From: Actinomycetales bacterium
GTDB taxonomy: Bacteria; Actinomycetota; Actinomycetes; Actinomycetales; CAVURS01
Assembly: GCA_045807245.1 (NCBI GenBank)
Contig: JBJMHS010000078.1
Location: forward strand, 62,001 to 126,000
Reading direction: 5' to 3'
Length of the DNA stretch: 64,000 nt
Within the stretch, counting starts at the first letter, position 1, and every line of letters begins with the position of its first letter. The notes beneath the pieces are model-generated. The model saw only the letters and a program-made list of their open reading frames with translations, searched no databases and was not told where the DNA came from. Positions 13,062 to 23,490 of this stretch are shown in pieces. The position numbers and the translations under genes were made by a program.

Positions 13062-13885
13062 CAGCTGTCCTTCCTGGCGCTGCCGCGCTTGCCGCCGGCC
13101 GGCGTCCGGCCGCCCTGCCCCGGCTGCGCGGCGTCATGGGCACTCGGTGCGTCGGGGTCGCTCACGTGCTCCTCGGCTATCTGCTCCACCGGCGCTCGCG
13201 ACGATCCGCCGCGGCCGCCGTCGCCGTCGTACAACCCGTCGACCGACCAGCCGCGCTGGTGGGCCAGCTCGAGACCGACCAGGGTCGCGCCGGCCGCGCC
13301 CACGCCCTCGTCGCCCCGGCCGTCGTCGAAGCCGGCCAGCACACGGGACATCTGCTTGAAGGTGCACACAGAGCTGGCGCCCCGGGTCGGCACGACCGCC
13401 CGGCCCGCCTGGATGTCGTCGACGAGCTGCCGTGCGCTGCGCGGGGTCTGGTTGTCGAAGAACTCCCAGTTGACCATCACGACCGGGGCGAAGTCGCAGG
13501 CCGCGTTGCACTCGACCCGTTCCAGGGTGATGGCGCCGTCCTCGGTCGTCTCGTCATGACCGACGCCGAGGTGCTCGGCCAGGTCGTCGAAGATCTGGTC
13601 GCCGCCCATGATGGCGCACAGCGTGTTGGTGCAGACCCCGACCGTGTACTCACCGTTGGGGTGCCGCTTGTACTGCGTGTAGAAGGTGGCGACCCCGGAC
13701 ACCTCGGCGGTCGTCAGGTCCAGGACGTCGGCGCAGAGCTCGATCCCGTCCGGGCTGACATAGCCCTCCTCGCTCTGCACGAGGTGCAACAAGGGCAGCA
13801 GGGCGGACCGCTCCCGCGGGTAGCGCGCGACGATCTGCGCCGCGTCGGCTCGCAGGCGCTGGTCGACCTCGGGTGCGAACGTCAC
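13061..13885 (-). CDS. nuoE: NADH-quinone oxidoreductase subunit E
   Basis: 2Fe-2S ligands CTNTLC and [14 protein letters not shown]. Confidence 0.96.
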   Translation of the reverse strand: MTFAPEVDQRLRADAAQIVARYPRERSALLPLLHLVQSEEGYVSPDGIELCADVLDLTTAEVSGVATFYTQYKRHPNGEYTVGVCTNTLCAIMGGDQIFDDLAEHLGVGHDETTEDGAITLERVECNAACDFAPVVMVNWEFFDNQTPRSARQLVDDIQAGRAVVPTRGASSVCTFKQMSRVLAGFDDGRGDEGVGAAGATLVGLELAHQRGWSVDGLYDGDGGRGGSSRAPVEQIAEEHVSDPDAPSAHDAAQPGQGGRTPAGGKRGSARKDS

Positions 13886-15273
13886 CGGTCCACGCCTCCC
13901 ATCACCGGGTCGATCGAGGCGACGGCGACGATCACGTCGGCCACCTGCCCGCCCTCACACATCGCCGCCGTGGCCTGGAGGTTGTTGAAGGACGGGTCGC
14001 GGAAGTGCGCCCGGTACGGGCGGGTGCCGCCGTCGCTCACCAGATGCACGCCGAGCTCGCCCTTCGCCGACTCGACCGCTGAGTAGACCTGGCCGGCCGG
14101 GACGTGGAAGCCCTCGGTCACCAGCTTGAAGTGGTGGATCAGGGACTCCATCGACGTGCCCATGATGTTGCGGATGTGGTCGAGGGAGTTGCCCAGGCCG
14201 TCGCTGCCGAGCGCGAGCTGCGCGGGCCACGCGATCTTCTTGTCCTCGATCATCACCGGCCCCTCGAGGTGCTGCAGGCGGTCGGCGCACTGCTGGACGA
14301 TCTTCAGCGACTCGTGGATCTCGTCCAGCCGGATGCAGAGACGGCCGTACGCGTCGGCGCTCTCGCGGGTGATGACGTCGAAGTCGTAGGTCTCGTACCC
14401 GCAGTACGGCGTGAGCTTGCGCAGGTCGTGCGGCAGGCCGGTCGCGCGCAGCACCGGTCCGGTGATCCCGAGCGCAATGCAACCGGTCAGGTCGAGGTAG
14501 CCGACGTCGACCGTCCGGCCGCGCAGCACCGGGTTCTGCAGGAGCAGGAGCTCGAGCTCGCGGATGCCCTTGCGCACCGCGGGCACCATGTCCCGGATCC
14601 GGTCGATGGCCCCGCTGGGGATGTCCTGCGAGACGCCGCCGGGCCGGATGTAGGCGTTGTTCATCCGCAGGCCGGTGATCAGCTCGATCACGGCGAGGAT
14701 GCGCTCGCGTTCGCGGAAGCCGACGGTCATGACCGTCGTCGCGCCCATCTCCAGGCCGCCGGTCGCGATGGCGACCAGGTGGGAGGAGACCCGGGTCAGC
14801 TCCATCATCAGGACCCGAATGGTGCTGGCCCGCTCCGGGACCTGGTCGGTGACGCCGAGCAGCCGCTCGATCCCGAGGCAGTACGCGGTCTCCTGGAACA
14901 TCGGCGTGAGGTAGTCCATGCGGGTGCAGAACGTGACCCCTTGGGTCCACGTCCGGAACTCCATGTTCTTCTCGATGCCGGTGTGCAGGTACCCGATGCC
15001 GGCGCGGGTCTCCGTCACCGTCTCGCCGTCGATCTCGAGGATGAGCCGGAGCACGCCGTGGGTGGAGGGGTGCTGCGGGCCCATGTTGACGACGATCCGC
15101 TCCTCGCTGAGCGAGGCGGCCTCGTCCACGACGTCGTCCCAGTCGCCGCCGAACGCGTTGACGACGTGGCCCTCGGTCGGGCCCTCCTCGGTCGCGATGC
15201 CGTACGGGTCCTGCTCGGCGGCGGCGATGAAGGCCTCGTCCTCGGGCGACAGCCGGGTGTCGTGGTCAGCCAT
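13882..15273 (-). CDS. nuoD: NADH-quinone oxidoreductase subunit D
   Basis: [24 protein letters not shown] and C-terminal DPVMGGVDR. Confidence 0.98.
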   Translation of the reverse strand: MADHDTRLSPEDEAFIAAAEQDPYGIATEEGPTEGHVVNAFGGDWDDVVDEAASLSEERIVVNMGPQHPSTHGVLRLILEIDGETVTETRAGIGYLHTGIEKNMEFRTWTQGVTFCTRMDYLTPMFQETAYCLGIERLLGVTDQVPERASTIRVLMMELTRVSSHLVAIATGGLEMGATTVMTVGFRERERILAVIELITGLRMNNAYIRPGGVSQDIPSGAIDRIRDMVPAVRKGIRELELLLLQNPVLRGRTVDVGYLDLTGCIALGITGPVLRATGLPHDLRKLTPYCGYETYDFDVITRESADAYGRLCIRLDEIHESLKIVQQCADRLQHLEGPVMIEDKKIAWPAQLALGSDGLGNSLDHIRNIMGTSMESLIHHFKLVTEGFHVPAGQVYSAVESAKGELGVHLVSDGGTRPYRAHFRDPSFNNLQATAAMCEGGQVADVIVAVASIDPVMGGVDR

Positions 15274-16060
15274 CAGGTGTACGCCCTCCGCTGGTCGGGC
15301 GGTGGGATCTCGGCACCCTTGTACTCGACCGGGATGCCACCGAGCGGGTAGTCCTTGCGCTGCGGGTGCCCGGGCCAGTCGTCGGGCATGAGGATGCGGG
15401 TCAGGGCCGGGTGGCCGTCGAAGACGATGCCGAACATGTCCCAGGTCTCACGCTCATGCCAGTCGTTGCCGGGGTAGACGACGACGATCGACGGGATGTG
15501 CGGGTCGCTGTCCGGGGCTACCACCTCCACGCGGATCCGCCTGCCGCCGTTGGTGATCGACAGCAGGTGGTAGACCGCGTGCAGCTCGCGCCCGGCCTCC
15601 TGTGGGTAGTGCACTCCACTCACGCCGGTGCAGATCTCGAACCGGAGGTCGGGCTGGTCACGCAGCTGGCGCGCAACGGCGGGCAGGTAGTCGCGGCGGA
15701 CGAAGAGCGTCAGCTCACCACGGTCGAGGACGACCTTCTCGATCGCGTCCTCGTACGACGGACCGGCGTCGTCCTGCCCGAGCACCGTCGCGAGCGCGTC
15801 GGCCAGCTCGTCGTACCACCCGCCGTACGGACGCTCGGCCGGCGCAGGCATCGAGATGGCACGGGTCAGTCCGCCGTACCCGGAGGTGTCGCCGCCGTCG
15901 GCCGCGCCGAACATGCCACGCCGTACGCCGATGACCTCGGGGGTCGCGTCGGTCCGGGCCGGCAGCGCCGCATCCGGAGGCCCCTGCAGGCGAGGGTCGG
16001 CGTCACCCGTGGGCGGCGTGTCCGGCGTGGCGTCAGGAGTGGCGCCGGACGTCGAGTCGC

Positions 16061-16064
<4 letters not shown>
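15273..16064 (-). CDS. nuoC: NADH-quinone oxidoreductase subunit C
   Basis: [40 protein letters not shown]; start moved to GTG at 16064, overlapping the nuoB stop. Confidence 0.95.
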
Positions 16065-16615
<551 letters not shown>

Positions 16616-16655
16616 CAGGCCCTCACCGTCTCCAGCCCCGCGTCCAGTCCCATGC

Positions 16656-17018
16656 TCAGTCCCACTCCAGCCCGCCGCGGCGCCAGACGTAGGCGTACGC
16701 GACGAACACCGTGACGATGAACAGGACCATCTCGACCAGCGCGAAGATGCCGAGCTTGTTGAACGCCACCGCGAAGGGGAACAGGAACACACCTTCGATG
16801 TCGAACACGATGAAGAGCATCGCGGTCAGGTAGTACTTGACCGGGAACCGCCCGCCGCCCACAGCGTGTGGGGTGGGTTCGATGCCGCACTCGTACGCAT
16901 CCAGCTTGGCCCGGTTGTAGCGCTTCGGCCCTGAGAACGAGCCGGCGACGATCGAGAACGCCGCGAACCCGGCACCGATCGCGAACAAGGCCAGGATCGG
17001 CACATAGGGGTTGTTCAT
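16656..17018 (-). CDS. nuoA: NADH-quinone oxidoreductase subunit A
   Basis: [21 protein letters not shown] and [12 protein letters not shown] at 17018 preceded by a GAGGGGAG RBS. Confidence 0.96.
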   Translation of the reverse strand: MNNPYVPILALFAIGAGFAAFSIVAGSFSGPKRYNRAKLDAYECGIEPTPHAVGGGRFPVKYYLTAMLFIVFDIEGVFLFPFAVAFNKLGIFALVEMVLFIVTVFVAYAYVWRRGGLEWD

Positions 17019-17054
17019 GCCGGAACTGCTCCCCTCTGGTGACTGGCGGCACAC

Positions 17055-17060
17055 ATCCTA
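17055..17060 (-). promoter_or_regulatory. Putative housekeeping-sigma -10 element (TAGGAT) for nuoA
   Basis: TANNNT hexamer about 37 nt upstream of the nuoA ATG. Confidence 0.45.
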
Positions 17061-17106
17061 GGGACCAGGCCCACAGGGCCGGTCAGCCGGGCGAACATGT
17101 CGCCGG

Positions 17107-18423
17107 TCATGCAGCGGGGACGATCTTGGTCAGGCCGGTGATGACCCGGTCCATGGCGTCTCCGCCCCGTGGCTCGGCGAGGTTCGCGAGCAGCTTCAGG
17201 ACGAAGCGCATCAGCAGCGGGCGGGGCAGGCCGTACCGCGTGGCGACCCGCATCACCTCGGGGTGACCGATCAGGCTGACGAAGGCCCGGCCGAGGGTGA
17301 AGTACCCGCCCAGCGCGTCCTTCATCACCCGCGGGTACGACGCGAGGACGCGCTCCCGCTGTGCGTCGGTCGCGCGGTTCAGGGCCTGCACGATGACGTC
17401 CGCAGCCATCCGGCCCGACTCCATGGCGTAGGCGATGCCCTCGCCGTTGAACGGGTTCACCATGCCGCCCGCGTCACCGACGAGGACGAGCCCGCGGGTG
17501 TAGTGCGGCTGGCGGTTGAAGCCCATGGGCAGGGCCGCGCCGCGGATCGGCCCGACCTGGTTGTCCTCGGTGTAGCCCCACTCCTCGGGCAGCCCGGCCA
17601 TCCACCTCCGCATGAGGTCGCGGTAGTCGACCTTGCCGAACTGCGCCGTCGTGTTGAGCGCACCGAGCCCGACGTTGCTCGTGCCGTCGCCGACCCCGAA
17701 GATCCAGCCGTAGCCCGGCAGCAGCGCGTGCTTGCCCTTGTCGTCCGGCGCCCAGAGCTCGAGCCAGGACTCGAGCCAGTCGTCATCATGGCGCGGGCTG
17801 GTGAAGTACGTACGGACGGCGACGCCCATGGGGCGGTCGTCGCGCTTGTTCAGACCGACCGACAGCGACAGCCGGCTGGAGTTGCCGTCGGCCGCCACGA
17901 CGACGGGTGCGCGGAAACTGTGCCCCGGCCCGGCCGCCTTGCCGCTGTCGTCGACCTCCCGAGCCGTGACGCCGACGACCTGACCGGTCCGGTCGTCCAG
18001 CACCGGGCCGGTCACAGACATCCGTTCCATCAGCCGGGCGCCGACCTTCTCGGCGTGACGCGCCACCGCCTCGTCGAAGCCGAGCCGGGTGCGCACCAGC
18101 CCGTAGTCCGGGAACGACGCCAGCTCGGGCCAGGGCAGCTGCAGCCGCACGCCTCCCCCGATGACGCGCAGTCCCTGGTTGCGCAGCCAGCCGTCCTCGG
18201 CGCGGGTCGGGATGCCGAGTGCGACCAGCTCCTTGACGGCGCGCGGCGTGAGGCCGTCGCCGCAGACCTTCTCCCGCGGGAACGCGGACTTCTCCAGGAG
18301 CAGGACGTCGAGGCCCGCCGCAGCGAGGTACGCCGCGGTCGTCGCGCCCGAGGGCCCGGCGCCGACGACGATGACGTCAGCGGTCACGCCCGAGCTGCGC
18401 GCGGAGTCGTCGTTGAGGCTCAC
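17107..18423 (-). CDS. menJ: Geranylgeranyl-reductase family FAD oxidoreductase, probable menaquinone side-chain reductase
   Basis: DVIVVGAGPSG FAD motif, FPREKVCGDGLTPRA and VGDAGGMVNPFNGEGIAYAM; lies within the men/nuo cluster; start approximate (GTG at 18423). Confidence 0.85.
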   Translation of the reverse strand: MSLNDDSARSSGVTADVIVVGAGPSGATTAAYLAAAGLDVLLLEKSAFPREKVCGDGLTPRAVKELVALGIPTRAEDGWLRNQGLRVIGGGVRLQLPWPELASFPDYGLVRTRLGFDEAVARHAEKVGARLMERMSVTGPVLDDRTGQVVGVTAREVDDSGKAAGPGHSFRAPVVVAADGNSSRLSLSVGLNKRDDRPMGVAVRTYFTSPRHDDDWLESWLELWAPDDKGKHALLPGYGWIFGVGDGTSNVGLGALNTTAQFGKVDYRDLMRRWMAGLPEEWGYTEDNQVGPIRGAALPMGFNRQPHYTRGLVLVGDAGGMVNPFNGEGIAYAMESGRMAADVIVQALNRATDAQRERVLASYPRVMKDALGGYFTLGRAFVSLIGHPEVMRVATRYGLPRPLLMRFVLKLLANLAEPRGGDAMDRVITGLTKIVPAA

Positions 18424-18482
18424 TGGCTCACTGTCCCTGCCGATCGTGCTGTGAGTGCCCTGCCGGAGCGGGTTTCGTGCCC

Positions 18483-18500
18483 TTGTGAAAACGATCACGA
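18483..18500. promoter_or_regulatory. Rex operator (ROP) upstream of menJ-nuo
   Basis: TTGTGAAAACGATCACGA matches TTGTGAA-N4-TTCACAA with 2 mismatches; lies just downstream of a minus-strand TAGACT -10 (18513-18518). Confidence 0.75.
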
Positions 18501-18615
18501 ACGCCGGTCGGCAGTCTAGGCCCACGACGGCGGCCTCCCAAGATGGGCCGGTGGCCACCCTTAGAATTCAGGGCGGCCCGCTATCGCGGCGCCGCCGTAC
18601 CAGCCAGGGAGTTCG

Positions 18616-19761
18616 ATGCACGAGCCGACCACACCGGGCCGACCCATCACGCTGGGCCAGCCCACGTTCGGCGACGAAGAGCTCGCCGCGGTCGCGAAGG
18701 TCCTCGAGTCGGGCTGGGTGGCCGGCCAGGGTCCGCTGGCGCGCGAGCTCGAGCAGCGGTTCGCCCATATCTGCCGCGCCGACCACGCGCTCATGGTGAG
18801 CAGCTGCACGGCGGCCCTGCACCTCGCGGTCGAGGCCTTGGGGGCCGGCCCCGGGGACGAGGTGCTGGTCGCCGACTACACCTTCCCCGCCACGGGTCAC
18901 GCCGTCCGCTACACCGGCGCCGACCCCGTCTTCGTCGACGTCCGGCCGGACATCTGGACCATCGACCCGGCCGCCGCCGAGGCCGCCGTCACCTCGAGCA
19001 CCGTCGGCATCATCGCGGTCGACCCGTTCGGGATGCCGGCGGACTACGACGAGCTCAACGAGCTGGCTCGGCGCCGAGGGCTGTGGCTGGTGGAGGACGC
19101 CGCCTGCGCCGCCGGGTCGACGTACAAGGACCGGCCGACAGGCGCGCTCGCCGACGTGGGCTGCTTCTCGTTCCACGGCCGCAAGGGCATCACCTCCGGC
19201 GAGGGTGGGGCCATCACCACGGACCGGGACGACGTCGCCGCGCGGGCGCGCAAGCTGCACTTCTTCGGCGTCGAGAGCGCCTTGGACCGGGCCGGGTCGG
19301 GCGACCTCCCGGTGCCGGAGTTCGACGAGATCGGCTGGAACTACAAGCTCTCCGAGATCGCGGCCGCCGTACTGTCGGTCCAGATGAACCGGCTCCCCAC
19401 ATTGGTTGCCGCGCGACGGCGCATCGCGGACGCCTACGCCGAGCTGCTGGGTGACGTCGAGGAGGTGACGGTCCCGGTCGAGCCGGCGGACCGCCGTACC
19501 GTCTGGCAGTCCTACGTACTCACGCTCGCTCCGGGCGTCGACCGCGGACGGGTCGCCGCCGCCCTGCGCGGCGACGGGATCCAGTGCAACATCGGCACGT
19601 ACGCCTCCCACGTGCAGCCGGTCTACGGGCGCACCCAGGCCTGTCCGGTGTCCCTCGACATCTTCCGACGCCACCTGGCGATCCCGATGCATGCCAACCT
19701 GACCGACGGCCAGGTCGAGACGGTCGCCAAGGCCGTGCGCGCAGCCGTGACGGCCGCATGA
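18616..19761 (+). CDS. DegT/DnrJ/EryC1/StrS family PLP-dependent nucleotide-sugar aminotransferase
   Basis: SSCTAALHLA, LVEDAA and SFHGRKGITSGEGG (PLP lysine), GWNYKL; AGGGAG RBS and an upstream TAGAAT -10 (18562-18567). Confidence 0.93.
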   Translation: MHEPTTPGRPITLGQPTFGDEELAAVAKVLESGWVAGQGPLARELEQRFAHICRADHALMVSSCTAALHLAVEALGAGPGDEVLVADYTFPATGHAVRYTGADPVFVDVRPDIWTIDPAAAEAAVTSSTVGIIAVDPFGMPADYDELNELARRRGLWLVEDAACAAGSTYKDRPTGALADVGCFSFHGRKGITSGEGGAITTDRDDVAARARKLHFFGVESALDRAGSGDLPVPEFDEIGWNYKLSEIAAAVLSVQMNRLPTLVAARRRIADAYAELLGDVEEVTVPVEPADRRTVWQSYVLTLAPGVDRGRVAAALRGDGIQCNIGTYASHVQPVYGRTQACPVSLDIFRRHLAIPMHANLTDGQVETVAKAVRAAVTAA

Positions 19762-19813
19762 GCGCCGCACCGGTCCACTCTGCCCAGCCGCTGCCTTCGA
19801 AGGAGCACCTGAC

Positions 19814-20749
19814 ATGACCGAGCCGAAGACCGTCTTCTTCACCGGCGGCGCCGGCTTCATCGGGATGCACGTGATCCCGATGCTCCTCGACCGCGGGTAC
19901 CAGGTCCGCGTGTTCGACAACATGTTCCGGGGTGACCGGGACGCGATGGCGGCGCTGAGCGAGACCGGACGGGTCGAGCTGGTCGACCAGGACGTGCGGT
20001 ACGGCGGCGCGGTCCACGCCGCGATGAAGGGCTGTGAGTCGGTCATCCACTTCGCGGCCGTCAGCATCAACAAGAGCCAGGCCGACCCGTACGAGAGCAT
20101 CGACATCAACATGGTCGGCAACCACAACGTGTTCGCCGCGGCGGCCGACCACGGCGTACGACGTGTGGTCTTCGCATCGAGCGCGTCGGTCTACGGCGAC
20201 CCGGACAAGATCCCGATGCATGAGGACGACCAGCTGCGCCCCCTCACGCCGTACTGCATCAGCAAGCGCGCCGGCGAGGACCTGCTCGGCTACTACCAGC
20301 GGCGTTCCGGGCTGTCGTGGCTCGCCCTGCGCTTCTTCAACGTGTACGGCGAGGGGCAGAAGACCACGGCGTACTACACGTCGGTCATCAACCACTTCGT
20401 CAACCGTCTGCAGCGCGGTGAGCCGCCCGTCATCGACGGGCGCGGCGAGCAGTCCATGGACTTCATCCACGTCCACGACATCGCCCGCGCCACGGTGCTG
20501 GCGCTGGAGGCCGAGCAGGACAACCTGCCGGTCAACGTCGGCACGGGTATCGACACCTCGATCGCGACTCTGGCCCGCATCCTCATCGACGCCGTGGGCG
20601 CGGACGTCGAGCCGCAGTTCAACCCGCGCGACGTGCTGGTGTCGCGGCGGGCGGCCGACACGCGGCGCGCGCGGGAGGTGCTCGGGTTCGAGCCGAGCAT
20701 CACGGTCGAGGAGGGCATGACGAACCTGGTCAAGGGGTCGATGCCGTGA
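19814..20749 (+). CDS. NAD-dependent nucleotide-sugar epimerase/dehydratase (extended SDR)
   Basis: TGGAGFIG, SSASVYG, YCISK (YxxxK), LRFFNVYG and DFIHVHD; AAGGAG RBS. Confidence 0.93.
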   Translation: MTEPKTVFFTGGAGFIGMHVIPMLLDRGYQVRVFDNMFRGDRDAMAALSETGRVELVDQDVRYGGAVHAAMKGCESVIHFAAVSINKSQADPYESIDINMVGNHNVFAAAADHGVRRVVFASSASVYGDPDKIPMHEDDQLRPLTPYCISKRAGEDLLGYYQRRSGLSWLALRFFNVYGEGQKTTAYYTSVINHFVNRLQRGEPPVIDGRGEQSMDFIHVHDIARATVLALEAEQDNLPVNVGTGIDTSIATLARILIDAVGADVEPQFNPRDVLVSRRAADTRRAREVLGFEPSITVEEGMTNLVKGSMP

Positions 20750-21264
20750 CCGCCCGCGACGGCGGCGGGCCGGGCGGCCTCCCCGCGAACCCCTACAACC
20801 CGCACGCGTGGGTCATCGGCGAGCCGGAGATCGGGCCCGGCACCTGGATCGGCGCGTTCACCGTCATCGACGGGTCCGGCGGGCTCACCATCGGCGCCGG
20901 CTGCGACATCTCGTGCGGCGCGCAGATCTACACGCACTCCTCGGCCCGCCGGTGCGTGTCCGGGCGCAGGTTCGCAGAGGTCGAGCGGGCGAGCACCCGG
21001 ATCGGCGAGCGGGTGTTCGTCGGCGCCAACGCGGTCATCTCGATGGGCGTCACACTCGGCGACGAGTCGGTCGTCGCCGCGGGCGCCGTGGTGACGAGGG
21101 ACGTGCCGCCCCGCACCGTCGTCGCCGGCGTCCCCGCCCGGCCGATCGCCCGCGTCGCGTTCTCGGCCGACGGGTCCGCGGTCGACTACCTCGACCTGGC
21201 CGACGACGAGGCCGACGACCAGGCCGACGGCCTCGACGAGCTCAACGACATGAGCCACGGCTGA
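20746..21264 (+). CDS. Hexapeptide-repeat (left-handed beta-helix) acetyltransferase
   Basis: IGPGTWIG / IGAGCDIS / IGERVFVG repeats and VVAAGAVVTRDVP..VAGVPAR; acidic C-terminal tail. Confidence 0.88.
   Translation: MTARDGGGPGGLPANPYNPHAWVIGEPEIGPGTWIGAFTVIDGSGGLTIGAGCDISCGAQIYTHSSARRCVSGRRFAEVERASTRIGERVFVGANAVISMGVTLGDESVVAAGAVVTRDVPPRTVVAGVPARPIARVAFSADGSAVDYLDLADDEADDQADGLDELNDMSHG
21198..21230 (+). repeat. 12-bp tandem repeat (about 2.7 copies, GGCCGACGAC[G/C]A) encoding the acidic ADDE/ADDQ tail
   Basis: GGCCGACGACGA GGCCGACGACCA GGCCGACGG read directly. Confidence 0.6.
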
Positions 21265-22454
21265 TGCGGATCGTCGTCGTCAACAACTTCTACCCGCCGC
21301 GGGTCGGCGGCAGCGCTCACCTGTCCGACGCGCTGGCCCGCGGGTACGCCGAGGAGGGACACGACGTCCTGGTGCTGACCGCGTCGTACCAGGACGCGCC
21401 GGCGACCGAGACGCTCGCGCCCCGCCTGCGCGTCGTACGGCTGCCGTCCTCGTCCCTGCCGCAGACCCGGCTCTCGGTGAGCTTCGACATCGCCTTCACC
21501 ACTCGGCCGTCGCTGCGCCGCCGGATCCGGGGACTGCTGGACGAGTTCGCCCCCGACGTGATCCACCAGCACGGCCAGTTCTTCGACCTCAGCTGGGCGA
21601 CCGGGCTCTATGCGCGCAGCCGCGGAGTGCCCGTCCTGCTCTCCGTACACACGCGGCTGGAGAACCCGAAGGCGCACTACCACGGCGTCTTCCGCTGGCT
21701 GGACCGGTTGGTGGTGCGACCGATCATGCGCCGCTACCGGCCACGGGTCGTCGTGATGGACGTCCAGATGGACGAGTACATCAAGAGCCGCTACGCCGGG
21801 TCGTACTCCGGGCTGGAGTACATCCCGGTGGGCGTCGACCCGCTGCGCATGGTCGGCGGCGACGGCAAGGAGGTCCGGGCGCGGCACGAGCTCGGCGACG
21901 TCCCGCTCGTCGTCTCGCTGGGCCATGTCATCCCGCTGCGCGACCGGGTCACGCTGGTCGAGGCCTTGCCTGCTCTGCTGGCCCGCGTGCCCACCGCCCG
22001 GGTGCTCGTCGTCGGCCACGTCTACTACGACCTGTTCCAGCGCCGGGCGGCCGAGCTCGGTGTCGACCACGCGCTGCTGAGCATCGGGTCGGTCGACAAG
22101 GCTGCAGTGCCCGACTACCTCGCGGCGGCCGACGTGGAAGCCCACGACCTGCAGGGGTACGGCATGGGGACCGCGACGCTGGAGAGCATGGCCTCCGGTG
22201 TGCCGGTGGTGGTCGCCGTGCGACCGGACAACTTCCCGGGCGTCGAGCTGAGCGGCCGCTGCCTCGTCGTACCCGTGGGCCGGCCGGAGGCGCTGGCCGA
22301 TGCGCTCGTGGACCTGCTCACCGACCGGGCGCTGGCCGACCGCACCGGCGCAGCGGGACGCGAGCTGGTGCGCGAGCACTTCGCGCTGGACGTGGTGCTG
22401 CGCCAGCACCTCGCCGTGCTGGGGTCGATGACCTCCGCGGTCGCGACACCCTGA
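21264..22454 (+). CDS. Glycosyltransferase family 4 (GT-B)
   Basis: MRIVVVNNFYPPRVGG, GHDVLVLT and QGYGMGTATLESMASGVPVV; start ATG at 21264 overlaps the upstream TGA. Confidence 0.9.
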   Translation: MRIVVVNNFYPPRVGGSAHLSDALARGYAEEGHDVLVLTASYQDAPATETLAPRLRVVRLPSSSLPQTRLSVSFDIAFTTRPSLRRRIRGLLDEFAPDVIHQHGQFFDLSWATGLYARSRGVPVLLSVHTRLENPKAHYHGVFRWLDRLVVRPIMRRYRPRVVVMDVQMDEYIKSRYAGSYSGLEYIPVGVDPLRMVGGDGKEVRARHELGDVPLVVSLGHVIPLRDRVTLVEALPALLARVPTARVLVVGHVYYDLFQRRAAELGVDHALLSIGSVDKAAVPDYLAAADVEAHDLQGYGMGTATLESMASGVPVVVAVRPDNFPGVELSGRCLVVPVGRPEALADALVDLLTDRALADRTGAAGRELVREHFALDVVLRQHLAVLGSMTSAVATP

Positions 22455-22466
22455 CGGTGCCGTAGG

Positions 22467-23423
22467 TCAGACCGCGTCGCCGGACCGCACCCGCTCCACG
22501 ACGCGGTGCGGCGGCAGGATGTCCGCGCGCTCCGCGTCGACGTCGGCCCGGCCCGTGACCAGGTCCACGAACCGGTCCAGCTGCGCCGCCAGTGGCTCCT
22601 GGGTGGACACGAGGGCCGGGATCTCGATGATCGCCTGCTGGCGGTAGCCGAGCCCGTCCGGTCCGGCCTCGTTGAGCACGTGGCGGTAGATCGTGACCGC
22701 GTTGCGCAGCATGTCGACCTCGACCAGGCGCCCGGTCTCCGCGATCGTGAAGGCCCGGACCTTGCGCTGGCTCATCCGGCTGGCCGAGAGGTTGGCCAGC
22801 ATCCCGTCCGGGAAGCCGAGCATCACCTCGGCCACGTCCTCCGAACCGTCCGGCGAGTCCGGGTGCAGGTAGCCCAGGGACGCGCGGATCGTCGACGGGT
22901 AGGCGCCGGCCAGACGGAGCACGATGTCGACGTCGTGGATCAGCAGGTCGGTGCTCGTGCCGGTGCGGATCCGCGGGACGTACGGCGAGTGCCGGACCGC
23001 GGTCACGTGGCGCGGCTCCTCGACCAGGCTGAGCGCGGTCATGATGCCGGGGTTGTAGCGCTCGAGCAGCCCGCACATCAGCGGTACGCCGCTGGCGGCC
23101 GAGAGCTGGACCAGCTCCTCGGCCTCGTCCAGGCGCTCGGCCAGCGGCTTCTCCATGAGCAGCGGCAGCCCACGCTCGAGCACGTCGCGCCCGATCTTGT
23201 GATGCTCCTCGGTCGACGCGGCCACCACCACCGCGTCGCACTTCACGTCATCGAGGTCCGCGCCCCACGGCACGTCGTACCGCTCGGCCAGGGCACGGCC
23301 GCGGTCGGCGTCCGGCTCGACGATGCCGGCCAGGTGGGTGCGGATGGAGGCGGAGGTGACCCGAGCATGCAACGAGCCCATGGAGCCCGCTCCGAGCACG
23401 GCGACGCGCACAGGTGCAGTCAT
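22467..23423 (-). CDS. Gfo/Idh/MocA family NAD-dependent oxidoreductase (sugar dehydrogenase)
   Basis: VAVLGAGSMG, LLMEKPLA, ERYNP and DLLIHDVD; ATG at 23423 with a TAGCAT -10 8 nt upstream. Confidence 0.9.
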   Translation of the reverse strand: MTAPVRVAVLGAGSMGSLHARVTSASIRTHLAGIVEPDADRGRALAERYDVPWGADLDDVKCDAVVVAASTEEHHKIGRDVLERGLPLLMEKPLAERLDEAEELVQLSAASGVPLMCGLLERYNPGIMTALSLVEEPRHVTAVRHSPYVPRIRTGTSTDLLIHDVDIVLRLAGAYPSTIRASLGYLHPDSPDGSEDVAEVMLGFPDGMLANLSASRMSQRKVRAFTIAETGRLVEVDMLRNAVTIYRHVLNEAGPDGLGYRQQAIIEIPALVSTQEPLAAQLDRFVDLVTGRADVDAERADILPPHRVVERVRSGDAV

Positions 23424-23490
23424 GATGAGCGATGCTAGCCGCGGCGCGCGTGTCCGGGCGCCCGCCGAACCGGAGGTAGGCTGGCGCGCG

